Positions 27,064 through 38,047 of a stretch of 64,000 nt of DNA are shown here, piece by piece (within the stretch, counting starts at the first letter, position 1; each line of letters opens with the position of its first letter). The notes below the pieces were generated by a model. It made no database searches, was not told where the DNA came from, and saw nothing but the letters and a program-made list of their open reading frames with translations. The stretch covers positions 32,001 through 96,000 of the forward strand of contig JBDKFG010000020.1 of assembly GCA_039798785.1 (NCBI GenBank), in the 5' to 3' direction. Source of the stretch: Verrucomicrobiota bacterium (GTDB taxonomy: Bacteria; Verrucomicrobiota; Lentisphaeria; Lentisphaerales; Lentisphaeraceae). Both the position numbers and the translations under genes were made by a program.

Positions 27064-27186
27064 TGCAGTTTTAGCTCGGTCGATGGCTGGTAAAAGCCTG
27101 AGGCAGGATCTATCCTCTGGGAACCGCCGCAGCCGACGTCCGTCTCAATCAGCGGACACGGCAGCCTCCAACACCGTGGAAAAATC

Positions 27187-27939
27187 ATGAAAATTTTTGT
27201 CTGCCTCTTTTCCCTGCTCACCGCCACAGCGCTGGTCCCGAATGCCGCGGCACAGCTCAAGCCCGTACCTGCCGACCCCGCCAAGCAAGCATCCCAGGAA
27301 TTCCTCAAGACCACCCGGGATCAATTGCTCGGCAACTGCTGGTTCAAACTGGCGGGGAACGCCAATTTCCGTGGCAAGGACGGCAAACGACTGAAACTCG
27401 AGCTCGGGGTCAGCGCCGAACTCAAGCCCCTGGAACTCACCTTCCTGTCGACCTTGGATCAAGAGGCGGTGAAGCTGCATCATGACTTCGGCCTGAAGAA
27501 GAAGACCGTCCTCCTCGAAGATGGACGATTGAAACTGGGCTCGAAGTACGAAGCCCTTGACATCCGCCCCGAAGACCTTTCCTTGTCCTTCCTGTACTGG
27601 GATTTCCAGATGGAATACAAGCGCGACAGCCTCGGCGTCGCCCTGATTTCCTGCCGAGTCTTCAAACTCGCCAATCCCGATAGTCTCGACGAATATGCCA
27701 AGGTCTGGATCTCGGAGAAATATCTCGGACCTGTCAAGGTGGAGTGGTATCGAGGTTCCGATGACAAGCCCTTCCAGTCGCTGGAGTTTGAAGAGTTCAC
27801 CGAGGTCAACAAGGTCTGGGTGCCCACCATCATCAAGATGAGCAACGCCAAGGGCGAGCTGCAATTGAAGTTCGACAAGATCGACGCCGCCTTCAGCAAA
27901 GAGACTCCGGCGCATCTTTTCGAGAAAGCCAAGAAATAA
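27187..27939 (+). CDS. Outer membrane lipoprotein-sorting (LolA-like) protein
   Basis: Signal peptide; DIRPEDL, YAKVWIS, EVNKVWVPT..KM pattern typical of LolA-like proteins. Confidence 0.65.
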   Translation: MKIFVCLFSLLTATALVPNAAAQLKPVPADPAKQASQEFLKTTRDQLLGNCWFKLAGNANFRGKDGKRLKLELGVSAELKPLELTFLSTLDQEAVKLHHDFGLKKKTVLLEDGRLKLGSKYEALDIRPEDLSLSFLYWDFQMEYKRDSLGVALISCRVFKLANPDSLDEYAKVWISEKYLGPVKVEWYRGSDDKPFQSLEFEEFTEVNKVWVPTIIKMSNAKGELQLKFDKIDAAFSKETPAHLFEKAKK

Positions 27940-28031
27940 GCAGCGGCTTAAGCGGCGCTCAAATCCGGGCGGACCGTCCTTGATTCCGAAGTCGTGGCGG
28001 CCGCTTTTCTCACTGTTGAAAGACTTGGAGA

Positions 28032-29318
28032 CTAGCTGAACAATCCGGTGGCCGGCTGGCCCTTGTCGGCGATCTGGAAGGGGCGGCCGTTGCCTGAGAC
28101 GATCACCTTGGTGTGGTCGATGCCGCAGGCATAAGCGAGGGTTGCGTTGAAATCGGTGACACCCATTGATTTGTCGACAACTTCACGTCCCTGCGGGTCG
28201 GTGGCGCCCCAGGCCTGGCCGCCCTTGACACCACCCCCGGCGAGGAGGCAGGAGAAAGCCTTGGGATAGTGGTCGCGTCCGGCACGGCCGCTGATTTCGG
28301 GGGTGCGGCCGAATTCGCTGGCGACGACGACGAGGGTGGAGTCGAGGAGGCCGCGGCTGCGGAGATCGGTGAGGAGTGTGCCGAGGGCCTGGTCGAGGAT
28401 TTCGCCGTTTTTCTCCATTCCTTCGGCAATGTCGTTGTGCATGTCCCAGCCGCCGAGGGAGACTTCGACAAAGCGGGTGCCTTTTTCAACCAGTCGGCGG
28501 GCGAGCAGGCAGCCTTTGCCGAAGGCGTGGGACCCGTAGGAGCTGCGTAGCTTGGCGTCTTCGCTCATGATGTCAAAGGCTTTGAGATCTTCCGATTTCA
28601 TCAGCCGCACGGCGTCTTCATAGGATTTCATCCGTGCGACGAGCTCGTCATCGGGGTGGCGCGCGAGGAAGTCCTTGTTCATCTCATCAAGCAGATGGAG
28701 TCGGTCCTGGAATCGATCTTCTGGGACATCTGCCTGGCGTTTCGAGTATTGCAAACCGGCGGCAGGGTCGTTGATTGGCAGGGCGGCGAATTCCTGGCCC
28801 ATCCAGCCGGCGCCGAGGCCTCGGCCGCCGTTGACACGCACATAGGGCGGAAGGGTGGGATTGAGGCGACCGGCGAGGCGTGTGAACCAGGCGCCGAAGT
28901 GGGGATGCTGCACGGTGCCGCGCATGGCATAGGAGCTGTGCATGATGTAGGTGCCCTGTTCGTGGGCACCTTGGGTAGTGTTGAGTGAGCGCACCGGGCA
29001 GAGGATGTCGGCATGCGCCGCGATGCGATTCAGATGGTGTCCGAATTGCAGGCCGGTCTTTTTGTCGGTAATGGTGCGGGTGGCCCCCATTTGCTCGGGC
29101 TTGTCGGGCTTCGGGTCGAAGGTGTCGAGGTGGGACATGCCGCCTCCCATCCACAGGTAGATGATCGATTTCGCCGGCTTGGCGCGGGCGGAGACCGGAC
29201 TTTGGACGGCATCGGCGGCGAATGCCGGATTGCCAGGCAAGCTGAGGCCGAGAAAACCGAAAGCTGCGGCGGTGACGAAGTCGCGGCGGCTGAGTTCATC
29301 GTGGCGGAAGGAATTCAT
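28032..29318 (-). CDS. DUF1501 domain protein (Tat-exported)
   Basis: SRRDFV twin-arginine motif; GGMSHLDTFDPKP, CLLARRLVE.G.RFVEV, GWDMH, SEFGRTP, GRDHYP. Confidence 0.93.
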   Translation of the reverse strand: MNSFRHDELSRRDFVTAAAFGFLGLSLPGNPAFAADAVQSPVSARAKPAKSIIYLWMGGGMSHLDTFDPKPDKPEQMGATRTITDKKTGLQFGHHLNRIAAHADILCPVRSLNTTQGAHEQGTYIMHSSYAMRGTVQHPHFGAWFTRLAGRLNPTLPPYVRVNGGRGLGAGWMGQEFAALPINDPAAGLQYSKRQADVPEDRFQDRLHLLDEMNKDFLARHPDDELVARMKSYEDAVRLMKSEDLKAFDIMSEDAKLRSSYGSHAFGKGCLLARRLVEKGTRFVEVSLGGWDMHNDIAEGMEKNGEILDQALGTLLTDLRSRGLLDSTLVVVASEFGRTPEISGRAGRDHYPKAFSCLLAGGGVKGGQAWGATDPQGREVVDKSMGVTDFNATLAYACGIDHTKVIVSGNGRPFQIADKGQPATGLFS

Positions 29319-29340
29319 CAGGATTCTCCTTGTGGGGGCT

Positions 29341-31386
29341 TCAGCGGCGGAAAAGGAATTCGTTGGAGTTGATCAGGATCCAGATCAGATCCTCGGTTCC
29401 TTTGATCGAGTCTTCCTTCACTCTGGGCAGGAAGACGGCGGATTCTTTGCTGCTGGGGGCCCGGCAGAGGATGGCCTTGTAGGCCGTCTTGATGATTTCC
29501 TCGGGAGTTGAGAGAGCCTCCAGATCATCCATCAGGTGTGAGTTGCGGTTGCGGGTGATCAAGCGTTCGATTTCGCCGTTCATCAAGGAGAGAGCCTGAG
29601 GCACGGAGACTTCGAGGGAGGCGGCGTCGACATCCTCGCGCTCCGACTGGCCGAAGCGGGCGAGGAAATGATTGGCAGGGGCGGGTTGCGGCAGTTCGCT
29701 GGCGCGAAGCTGCAGATCGGCTTTGCCGTTGCGTTTTTTGTTTTTGCCGGCTTTCTTCTCGGCTTTCGCGGTCAATCCGCCTTCTTCTTTGGAGGCAAGC
29801 ATCGCCAGCTTGGCGTCCGGGTTTTGGGTGGGAGGCGCGTTTTTGTCGAGCCACGCTTTCAGCCCTGCGCTGTCGATTTCCTTGGCCAGGGCGAGCAATT
29901 CCATCGGGCTTTTGTTTTTGACCAAGGGGAAAATCCGCAGCTGCTCGCCGGTCTCCTTGTCGATCTGGGAGCTTCCCGCTTCGGGATCGGGCTGGGCGAG
30001 GGCGACAATCGAGTCCCAGGTCTGTTCGGGAGAGAGGCGGCGGAACAGGGGGCCTTGGAAGAGGTAGTGTTCATCGGATTTGCCGGTGTAGGCCTGGGCC
30101 TGCCATGCGCGGGTGGCATAGAGGACGCGGCGGAATTCCGCCATCCGGTAGCCGAGCACTTTCATGTCGCGCTCCAGCTCCTCCATCAAGCCAGGAACCG
30201 AGCCGAGATCGTTGAGCTCCATGTTGTCGAGAGGCTCGATCAGGCCACGTCCCATGACTCGCGCCCAGATGCGGTTGACGATGTTGCGAGTGAACATCGG
30301 GTTGTCGGGAGAGGCCACCCAAGAGGCGAAGGCGGGGCGCGACTCAAGTTGCCGCCCGGGGGCGAGTGGGCTGGCCTTTTTCTTGTTTTTCTGGGCGATT
30401 TTGGCGTCTTCCCGCTTCATCGCCTTGGCGATGTCGGCTTCCGAGAAGGGGAGGGGGATCTTGGCGCCGAAGGGAGTTTCGGCAAGTACGAGATCGCCGG
30501 GCTTGGCATCGTCATATTTGTAATCCTTGGGGAGGCGGATGGTGCCGGTGCCGCTGCCGGCGATGCCGTGGGTGCTGATGTCCTGGAGCCGGCGATAGAT
30601 CCCCTGGAGTTTCTTGTTCTCCTTGAATTCCGCTTCGATGGCGGCCCGGACCTCTTTGTTGTTGCCGGTCTGGCGGAGTTTCTCCTGGTATTGCAGGCCT
30701 CCGGTGAAGGCGGCGAGCTTGTAGAATTCCTGCTGAGTCCAGTCGTTGAAGGGATGATCGTGGCATTGAGCGCAGACCATGCTGGTGCCGAGGAAGACGC
30801 GCATCGAATTGGCCATGTTGTCGAGGGGCATGCCGCGGTCGCGGAGCAGATAGCCGGTGGCGCCGTTGCCGGGGGCGAGGGCATGGCCCTCAGAGGCGAG
30901 CATGGCAAGCGTCATCTCGTTCCAGGGCATGTCGCGAGACAGGGCGCCTTTCAGCCATTCCTGCCAGTTGCCGCTGGGGACATTTCCTTGAAGGCGCGAC
31001 TTGACCCTCAGTGTGTCGGCCCACAGGTTGAAGTCGTGGCTGGCCGCGGCTGGAGAGCGGATCAGTTGCCGGACCAGTTCGCCGCGTCGATGGCTGCGCC
31101 GGTCTTCTTCGAACGCCTCGATCTCCTTGAGCGTCGGGATCCGCCCGGCGATCTCGAGATAAGCGCGGCGGAGAAAACTGGCGTCGTCGACATCCGCCGG
31201 GGCGGCTAGTCCTTTCGCCTGCCATGCCGCGCCGAGGAGGGCGTCGATGCGCTTGGCCATGGCTTCTATGGCGATGTCGGGGAGGGGGGGCTTCTCTCCT
31301 TCCGCAGGCAGCAGGATCATCGGTTTTTCGGCGGCGGTGGCGATGCCTCCGAGGGACAGAAGCAGGCAAATCAGGTAGTGGCGCAT
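29341..31386 (-). CDS. DUF1549/DUF1553 (PSD1-type) domain protein
   Basis: DDASFLRRAYLEIAGRIPT, FLGTSMVCAQCHDHPF, NPMFTRNIVNRIW, QALSLMNG, EDLIWILINSNEF; start set at the MRHYL signal peptide. Confidence 0.92.
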   Translation of the reverse strand: MRHYLICLLLSLGGIATAAEKPMILLPAEGEKPPLPDIAIEAMAKRIDALLGAAWQAKGLAAPADVDDASFLRRAYLEIAGRIPTLKEIEAFEEDRRSHRRGELVRQLIRSPAAASHDFNLWADTLRVKSRLQGNVPSGNWQEWLKGALSRDMPWNEMTLAMLASEGHALAPGNGATGYLLRDRGMPLDNMANSMRVFLGTSMVCAQCHDHPFNDWTQQEFYKLAAFTGGLQYQEKLRQTGNNKEVRAAIEAEFKENKKLQGIYRRLQDISTHGIAGSGTGTIRLPKDYKYDDAKPGDLVLAETPFGAKIPLPFSEADIAKAMKREDAKIAQKNKKKASPLAPGRQLESRPAFASWVASPDNPMFTRNIVNRIWARVMGRGLIEPLDNMELNDLGSVPGLMEELERDMKVLGYRMAEFRRVLYATRAWQAQAYTGKSDEHYLFQGPLFRRLSPEQTWDSIVALAQPDPEAGSSQIDKETGEQLRIFPLVKNKSPMELLALAKEIDSAGLKAWLDKNAPPTQNPDAKLAMLASKEEGGLTAKAEKKAGKNKKRNGKADLQLRASELPQPAPANHFLARFGQSEREDVDAASLEVSVPQALSLMNGEIERLITRNRNSHLMDDLEALSTPEEIIKTAYKAILCRAPSSKESAVFLPRVKEDSIKGTEDLIWILINSNEFLFRR

Positions 31387-31511
31387 GAAGCTGGTCCTGG
31401 TTAAATCACGAGGGTGGAGACATGGAGCTAACGCCGAGACAGGCGTCTTCATTGTTCCCGGCCAGGACTTTAGTGGGAAAAATTCTTCTTGCTTGGGCCG
31501 CGCCGGCGCTT

Positions 31512-33788
31512 TCACGGAGCTTCGCTGAAGCAGATGAAGAGCAGCAGTGTCCCCGCGCGCGTCTTCAGCACGGACTCCTGCCCCGGACTCAGCTTCAACG
31601 GCGGCGGCGGTTCTCCTCGCCTCCAGCTCCGGGGCGGGCCGACCCGGAGCTCTCGGAATCCCGGATCGCTTTGCGATCCCGACAGCGAGCAGCTGACGGC
31701 GTTGAGGAGCTCGCCGATGCCGGAACTCAGCAGTTCATCGTCAAGCTCCACGCCAGGCAGGAGAGGTTCCAGCATCTTCGATGCGGTGGCGTGATCGCAG
31801 CCGAGGATGATCTGGCCGCTCAGCGTGGGAGTGTCGAACCGGATGCAGGCCATCAGGCTTTCGCGGAAGCTCGGCCAGGGCTGGGCGCGCGATACCTGAC
31901 GCTCGACCCGGGCGCCATCGCCGAACATCTCGTCGAGGCCCCGGCTCAGGCTGTCGAGGACAGCCTCGTACTGGGCTGCATCCATCAGCGGTGTCGCCGA
32001 CTCTTCGGCAGCATCCTCGCGGGGTGCGAGTCGGCATTGGTTCAGGATCCGCGTCAGCTCGGCGAAATTCACCGGCTTGGTGAGATACTCGTCCATTCCC
32101 GCCTTGAGACAGTTTTCGCGCTCACCTTTGATGGCGTTGGCGGTGATGGCGACAATGCGCAGTTTGGAGCCCCGTTCGCGCAGCACCCTGGTCGCTTGCA
32201 AGCCGTCGAGATTGGGCATCATGCAATCCATCAAGATCAAATCGAATTCCGAAGCTTCGCATGCCAGGACGGCCTCGGCGCCATCGTTGCAGACGCAGGT
32301 CTGATGGCCTAGCCTCTCGAGGATTCGAACCAGGATCTTCTGGTTGACGGCGTTGTCGTCGGCGATCAGAATGCGCAATGCGGCGCCTCCGGCAGTGGCG
32401 CATGGGGACTTCCTCGCCGCTGGCGGCGCCAGGATCTGGAGCAGGCGGGCGGTGAGTGGCGAGGGGGTGATCCCGTCCCAGCCGGACGGACGGGACTCCT
32501 TGTCGCCGGCAAGAAAACGGCTGAGAGGAATCTGGGTGATCAGGCGAAGACCAGGATGTTGCTTGCGCAATTCGTCGGGATCTGGGAGATGGGCGTTGAG
32601 ATTGATCAGTACCTGGGCCTTCCCGGGAGCCGTTACGACTTCGTGGCCGGCGGACTGCAGCAGGTAGGCGCAGGAGTGGCGGACCGATTCGCCGCCGCCG
32701 TCGAGGTGGATGCGCAGACTGTCTCCGGGGCTCGGCTCTCCGTCTTCCGCCGCGGGGAGCTTGATCTCGAAGGAGAAGCAACTGCCCTTGCCGGGCTCGC
32801 TGGCGACCCGGATGCGTCCGTCCATCAGTTCGACCAGGGATTTGCAGATTGAAAGTCCCAGTCCAGTGCCGCCGAAACGCCGGGTGGTCGAGCCGTCGGC
32901 CTGCTCGAAAGGCTGGAAGAGCCGCTGCAGAGCCTCAGCCGAGATGCCGATGCCGCTGTCGCGGATCTCGAAGCCGATCTCATCCGGCCGCGAGCCGGGA
33001 CGGACCGTCAGGACGACTTCGCCCGCGGCGGTGAACTTGATCGCGTTGCTGAGGAGATTGCCGATCAGTTGGCGGAGGCGGAGGGGGTCGCCGCGGATCT
33101 TCCGGGGGAGCATCGGGGAAACCAGGGAGTGGAGCTCGATGTTCTTTCTCTGAGCGTTCAATGCGTAGAGGCTGACGATGTCGTCGAGCAGCTCGCGAAA
33201 GTTGATTTCGACCAGCTCCAGGGAGAGCTTTCCCGCTTCGATCTTGGAGTAGTCGAGAATGTCGTCGACGATGCGCAGCAGCGATTCCCCGCTGCTGCGG
33301 ATGATCTCCAGGCCGGTGCGCTGCTCTTCGCCGGCGTCGGCAGTCGCGAGGATCTTGGCCATGCTGAGAATGCCGTTCAATGGAGTCCTGATCTCATGGC
33401 TCATGTTGGCCAGCAGCATTCCCTTCGCCCGGTTCGCTTCTTCGGCGACTGCCCGGGCTCGTGATTGGGCCTCCGACTCGAGTCGGCTGCGGACATCGCG
33501 GGCGAGGCAGACCATGGTGCCAGCAGATTCGCTGGTGATGTTGATATCGACCGGAATGCGTCGGGGGCCGTACCAGGCGTCGCAGCCCTGGCGGGACGCG
33601 GCCAGCTCCAGGATGGCGCCTTCGGTCTGTCCGACGGGATCCGTTTCCGCCATCGCCTTGGCCGCAGCGTTGGCGGCCAGGATGCGACCGTGGTTGTCGA
33701 TCACCAGGATGGCGTCCGCCGCGGCGTCGAAGATCTCCAGCAGCCGGGAATGGCTGAGGCAATGAGGAGTGGAGTCGGGCGGATTCAT
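31512..33788 (-). CDS. Hybrid sensor kinase PAS-HisKA-HATPase-REC with C-terminal CheX-like domain
   Basis: ANMSHEIRTPLNG, NLLSNAIKFT, GGTGLGL, receiver LMDCMMP; C-terminal GQIILG..SSGIGELLN. Confidence 0.9.
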   Translation of the reverse strand: MNPPDSTPHCLSHSRLLEIFDAAADAILVIDNHGRILAANAAAKAMAETDPVGQTEGAILELAASRQGCDAWYGPRRIPVDINITSESAGTMVCLARDVRSRLESEAQSRARAVAEEANRAKGMLLANMSHEIRTPLNGILSMAKILATADAGEEQRTGLEIIRSSGESLLRIVDDILDYSKIEAGKLSLELVEINFRELLDDIVSLYALNAQRKNIELHSLVSPMLPRKIRGDPLRLRQLIGNLLSNAIKFTAAGEVVLTVRPGSRPDEIGFEIRDSGIGISAEALQRLFQPFEQADGSTTRRFGGTGLGLSICKSLVELMDGRIRVASEPGKGSCFSFEIKLPAAEDGEPSPGDSLRIHLDGGGESVRHSCAYLLQSAGHEVVTAPGKAQVLINLNAHLPDPDELRKQHPGLRLITQIPLSRFLAGDKESRPSGWDGITPSPLTARLLQILAPPAARKSPCATAGGAALRILIADDNAVNQKILVRILERLGHQTCVCNDGAEAVLACEASEFDLILMDCMMPNLDGLQATRVLRERGSKLRIVAITANAIKGERENCLKAGMDEYLTKPVNFAELTRILNQCRLAPREDAAEESATPLMDAAQYEAVLDSLSRGLDEMFGDGARVERQVSRAQPWPSFRESLMACIRFDTPTLSGQIILGCDHATASKMLEPLLPGVELDDELLSSGIGELLNAVSCSLSGSQSDPGFRELRVGPPRSWRRGEPPPPLKLSPGQESVLKTRAGTLLLFICFSEAP

Positions 33789-36239
33789 TCAGGCTGGGAG
33801 GGTGATGGTGAAGGTCGAGCCTTGGCCGATCTGGGTGCGAATGCCGATCGAGCCGCCTTCGGCTTCGACTTCGGCCTTGACTGCGTCCATGCCGACGCCG
33901 CGGCCGGAGGTTTCGGTGACCGCGTCCTTGGTCGAGAATCCTTTGACAGCGCGGCGGCTTCGTCGGCGCTGACCACGCCTTTGCGGATGGCGCTGGCGGC
34001 GACGGCGTCGGGATCGATGCCTTTTCCGTCGTCGCTGACGCTGATCATCACGGCGCCTTCGGAGCTGGTGAAGGAGAGACTGATCTGACCTGGGCCCTTG
34101 CCGAGGGACTGGCGGACCTCATCGTCCTCGAGACCGTGATCGACGGCGTTGCGGACGAGGTGGACGAGGGAGTTGTCGATGCGACGGATGAGCGAGCGGC
34201 GGATCAGAACTTGGCCGTGGTAGAAGTGGATGTCGTTGATGTGGCGTCCGTTGGACTCGCGGTACTGGACGACGATGTTGCAGTATTTGCGGCAGAGGGA
34301 TTCGAAGGGTGCGGCATCGAGATCGAGGAGTGCGGTGGCGAGCTCCGCCGGGGGCAGGGGCTGGCCTAGGCGTGCGAGTGCGAGGAGCTGTTCATAGCGG
34401 GCGCGGTCGATGTTGAGTCCGTCCTGGTCGGCGAAGAGCTTGTCTTTGAGTTCGAGGAAGCTCTTGATTTCGATGTCGAGGACGGCGAGGGAGGATTTCC
34501 ATGCCTCTTCAAGATCGGAAGGGAGCTCGCCGGCGCGAAGACGTTCGAGGACGTCCTCGACCAGTCCGGCCGCCTGGGCGAGGGAGGAGAAGCCGAGGGA
34601 GCCGGCGTTGCCCTTGAGGGTGTGGAAGTCGCGGAAGAGTTCGTGCACCTGGTGGACGGCGTCCTTCACTTTCAGTCCGCTGGCGCGGAGGAGGGACTGG
34701 CCCATGGCGGCGGTGAAGGCGGCGATGGTGCCGGAGTCGGAATTGACCAGTCCGACGATGCGCTCCATCTGGCCTTGCTGTTCGCGGCGGAAGGCTTCCA
34801 AGGCCATCTTGGTCTGGCGGGCTTCGGTGACGTCGGAGGCGAGCACCATGAGGCGGGCGAGGGCGCCGTCCTTGCCGAGGATGGGGCGGTAGTCGAGGCC
34901 GATGATGCGTTCGCCGCCGTCAGCGTCGCGGATCATCAGCTCGCGGGCGGGGCAGAGCTCGACGTATTTCTCCCAGCGCTTGAGCTTCTTGGGGTCGCTG
35001 ACGATCTTGAGCCAGTTCCGGAACTGTTCGGTGCCGGACTGGTCGAGGCGGAGGATTTCGGCGGCTGGGCGCTCGGCGAACTCCTTGAATCCAAGGACGT
35101 TCTCGGCCCGCTGCGAGTGCTCCGCTCCGGCTTTCAGCTCCAGATCGAGGGTGATGATGCCTTGGTCGATGGCGTTGAGGATCGCTGATCTGGCGGGTCT
35201 TGTCGTCGACCATTTCCTGCAGGTTTTCGGTGAAGCTCTTGACCTGGCGGCGCATGTGTTCGAAGGAATTGGCGAGATCTCCGACTTCGTCGTCGCTGGT
35301 GACTCCGACTGAGCGGCTGTAGTCGCCAGCGGCGATCAATGCGGCTGCCTCGTTGAGTTGCTGCACCGGCAGCGCGATGCGGGCGGCGACTGAGCGGGCG
35401 ACGAGCAGGGCGACGGCAAGGATCAGCACGGAAAAGCCAGCGATGATGGCGAGGGACAGCCAGAGGGTCGACTTCAAGGAGGATTCGAAGGCTGCGTCCT
35501 GCTCGTCGCTCAGCTTCTCTTCGTTTTGCAAAAGGGTTTCGAGCTGTTCGAGGGAGAGGACGTAACGCAGGTAGGCCACCGACTCCCCTTCGCGGCGCAG
35601 TTCCTTGATGTCGGCCTTGGCAGGCAGCACTGGGATGCTGCATTCCCAGGCCTTGACCGTCCGAGGCTTGCCGTCCTTGCCGGAGGTGATGAATTCGGCC
35701 AGTTCGATCTTCATCTCGTCGGAGGAGCAGATTCCGGTGATGCGGGGATCGTGGATGCTGGCGAGGGCCTTGCCCTCCTCGCTGCTGATCTGCCAAGTCT
35801 TGGCGGGCAGATCGTAGACCACTTTGAAGCCAGCGCCTTGGGGATGCTGGCGGTCAAGCAGCTGCCAGGCCTTGGCTTCGGAGAGCCGGCCTTCGTCGTC
35901 GTAGCCCGCGACGAGGAACTGGAGGCAGAGGATCTCCTCGTCCTGGAAAAGCTGGGTGAGATGGTTCTTGACGGCGCCGTAGGAATTGTCCTGGAAGAGC
36001 GGCAGCAGGACCATCGAGTTCTGGACCAGCTGGTTTTCGCCTTTGCGGCGCAGCGCCGTCTGATAGACGTCCTTGAGCTTGTCCCTGGCGGCGGAAGAGC
36101 GCGCGCCGCTGCGCTCCAGCGCGTCGCGTGAAAGACTGCTCATCTTCCACCAGACGAGAAGCGCCACGGCGACGACCGCCGCCGCCAACAGGGAGGCGAC
36201 GACGGTGACGATCTTGCGCAGGATGGATCGGCGTGCCAT
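33789..36239 (-). pseudogene. Membrane-bound CheA-like kinase (TM-periplasmic-TM-HAMP-PAS-Hpt-HATPase) with two frameshifts
   Basis: HAMP DEVGDLANSFEHM; frame switch at ~35181 (KTRQISD / ILNAIDQGI); Hpt FHTLKGNA; HLVRNAVDHG; second lesion at ~33942 (AAALSK / GFSTKDAVTETSGRGVGMDAV..FTITLPA*). The restored stop abuts the next ATG. Confidence 0.85.
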
Positions 36240-36265
36240 GATCGGGTCTCCTCGGCGGCAGTGAC

Positions 36266-37270
36266 TCAGCGAGCGGCGTGCGGAGTGATGCCCAGGCTCT
36301 TCAGCCTGGCTTCATCGAGGGTCTTCACCACTGCTAGGATGTGATCGACCTTGGCCTCGTCGTCGTTCTCCATTACATCGAGCGCCAGGTTCGCCACTTG
36401 CGAGCCCAGGGCTTTGTGGTCGGGTGAGGCGCTGAAGGCGCAGAAGCCGGCTTTCTTGCCTGAGAATTCCGCGATGCCTGAGACGAAGGCGACCTTGCTG
36501 CCGCGGGCCGTCTTGACCCATGTGCCGCTGAAGGTCTCCTTGCACAGCAGGACCGAATCGGCAAGGACCCACACCGCCTGGGCGTCGCCCTTCCCGACTT
36601 CAAGCGGAAGCAGTTTCTTGACGGTGGCGATGACCTGGTCGCGACCTTGGCCATCGACTTCGCAGTCAATGGCGCGAAGGGTGATGCCCTCCTTGGCGAG
36701 CTGCTCGGAGGCTTCATGGATCATCTCCCGGTGCTGTGAGCCGCGGTAGAACACCAGCGCCTTCTCGACTTTGATGCCGCTGAGGTGGCGCCACTGGGTG
36801 AGGATGGTGTAGGCGGGGACCTCGTATTCGACTGCGCTTATCAATTTATTGCCGGCCAGGATCTTGGGGAGGTTAAGTCCCATCGCGGCGACACTTCGCA
36901 GCTTGCGGGCGTAGTCGTCGGGCTCCTGATTGAAGCGGCGGGCGTAGCTGACGGCCTGGTTGTCCATAAGGAGGAGAAGCCTGGGCTTGACTTCTCGGAT
37001 CTTCGCGGCGAACTGCTCGTATTGCATGTTTTCGGGCATGACGGCATCGACGAGGCGGCAGTCCGAGGCGGCGGCGGCTAAGGCGCTGGTGCACTCAGCG
37101 AAGTTTTCCGAGCCCTTGCGGAAGATCAGCAGGGTCGGCGCCTCGGCGGGAAGGTCGGTCCTGGCTGCGATCACCGGGGGCGCTTCGGATTTCGCTGCGG
37201 CGTTGAGGGAGCGGCAGGAAAGGGAGGAGAGCGCGCAGGCGGCGGCAAGGATGCTGAAGATGGGTTTCAT
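36266..37270 (-). CDS. Exported lipoprotein, substrate-binding-protein-like
   Basis: Signal peptide with LSSLSC lipobox-like end; alpha/beta pattern and AVWVLADS motif resemble the ABC_sub_bind family. Confidence 0.65.
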   Translation of the reverse strand: MKPIFSILAAACALSSLSCRSLNAAAKSEAPPVIAARTDLPAEAPTLLIFRKGSENFAECTSALAAAASDCRLVDAVMPENMQYEQFAAKIREVKPRLLLLMDNQAVSYARRFNQEPDDYARKLRSVAAMGLNLPKILAGNKLISAVEYEVPAYTILTQWRHLSGIKVEKALVFYRGSQHREMIHEASEQLAKEGITLRAIDCEVDGQGRDQVIATVKKLLPLEVGKGDAQAVWVLADSVLLCKETFSGTWVKTARGSKVAFVSGIAEFSGKKAGFCAFSASPDHKALGSQVANLALDVMENDDEAKVDHILAVVKTLDEARLKSLGITPHAAR

Positions 37271-37272
37271 GA

Positions 37273-38019
37273 TCAGTTTCCTCCTTTGACGGCTTCGATC
37301 TTGCTGAATCCAAGGCCGGCGATGGTCGCCGGGGCCAGTTGCAAGGCCTTGCCGGCGCTTTCGGGAGGGACCGATTTGTGCGCGTAGATCATGGGGTATT
37401 GAACCTCCGTGCTTTCGCCGACGGCGAAGGTCTTAGTCTGGTATTTCTCTTTCAGCTTGGCGAGGTCTTCGGGAGTGACGACGATGTAGTGGGCGTCGCC
37501 GAGGGCGAGGAGCGGGAAGAGGTCGTCCGGCTTGGTCACCCGCTTGATCTTCTTGAAGTCGCCGAGGACTTCCTGGAGGTAGCCTTTCAATTCGTTGCGG
37601 CCGAGTTCCTCGACGACGCCGACGGTGCCCTCCTTGCATTTCTCCTTGGTCCAGGAGGCGTCGGCTGAAAGGAGCTGGTATTTGAAGCTGCTCTTGCCGT
37701 TAAGTTCGAACTGGCCGAGGGGGCGGTAATCGGGGTTGTACTTGGCGAATGAAGAAGGGGCGATGACGAACTGGGAGGGGGCGCTGCCCAGGGATGTCTT
37801 GAACTCGGTGAAGGCGCCGAAGACTGTGACGCTTCGCCCCTTCAAGGCCGCATCCTCCTTGAGTAGTCTCTCCCGTTCGGCGGCGCTCTGGGTGCTGGCG
37901 AGGAATACCTTGGTGCCTTCCTCGCTCTTCCTCTCCTCGGCAGGAGAGGCTCGAGGCAGGAGCATCGCCGCTAAGGCGGCCACGCAGCAGGCGCGTCGGC
38001 TGAACTGTGATGACATCAT
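37273..38019 (-). CDS. Exported hypothetical protein, possibly periplasmic-binding-protein-like
   Basis: SRRACC..A-x-A signal (possible Tat); soluble alpha/beta body; lies within the signalling operon. Confidence 0.6.
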   Translation of the reverse strand: MMSSQFSRRACCVAALAAMLLPRASPAEERKSEEGTKVFLASTQSAAERERLLKEDAALKGRSVTVFGAFTEFKTSLGSAPSQFVIAPSSFAKYNPDYRPLGQFELNGKSSFKYQLLSADASWTKEKCKEGTVGVVEELGRNELKGYLQEVLGDFKKIKRVTKPDDLFPLLALGDAHYIVVTPEDLAKLKEKYQTKTFAVGESTEVQYPMIYAHKSVPPESAGKALQLAPATIAGLGFSKIEAVKGGN

Positions 38020-38047
38020 GGTGAGCTCCTGGGCTGGAATTGCGGCA

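Noticed and set aside
33785..36239. Two separate genes 33785..34936 and 34920..36239
   Set aside because: Both end in out-of-frame tails; the domains join into one frameshifted kinase.
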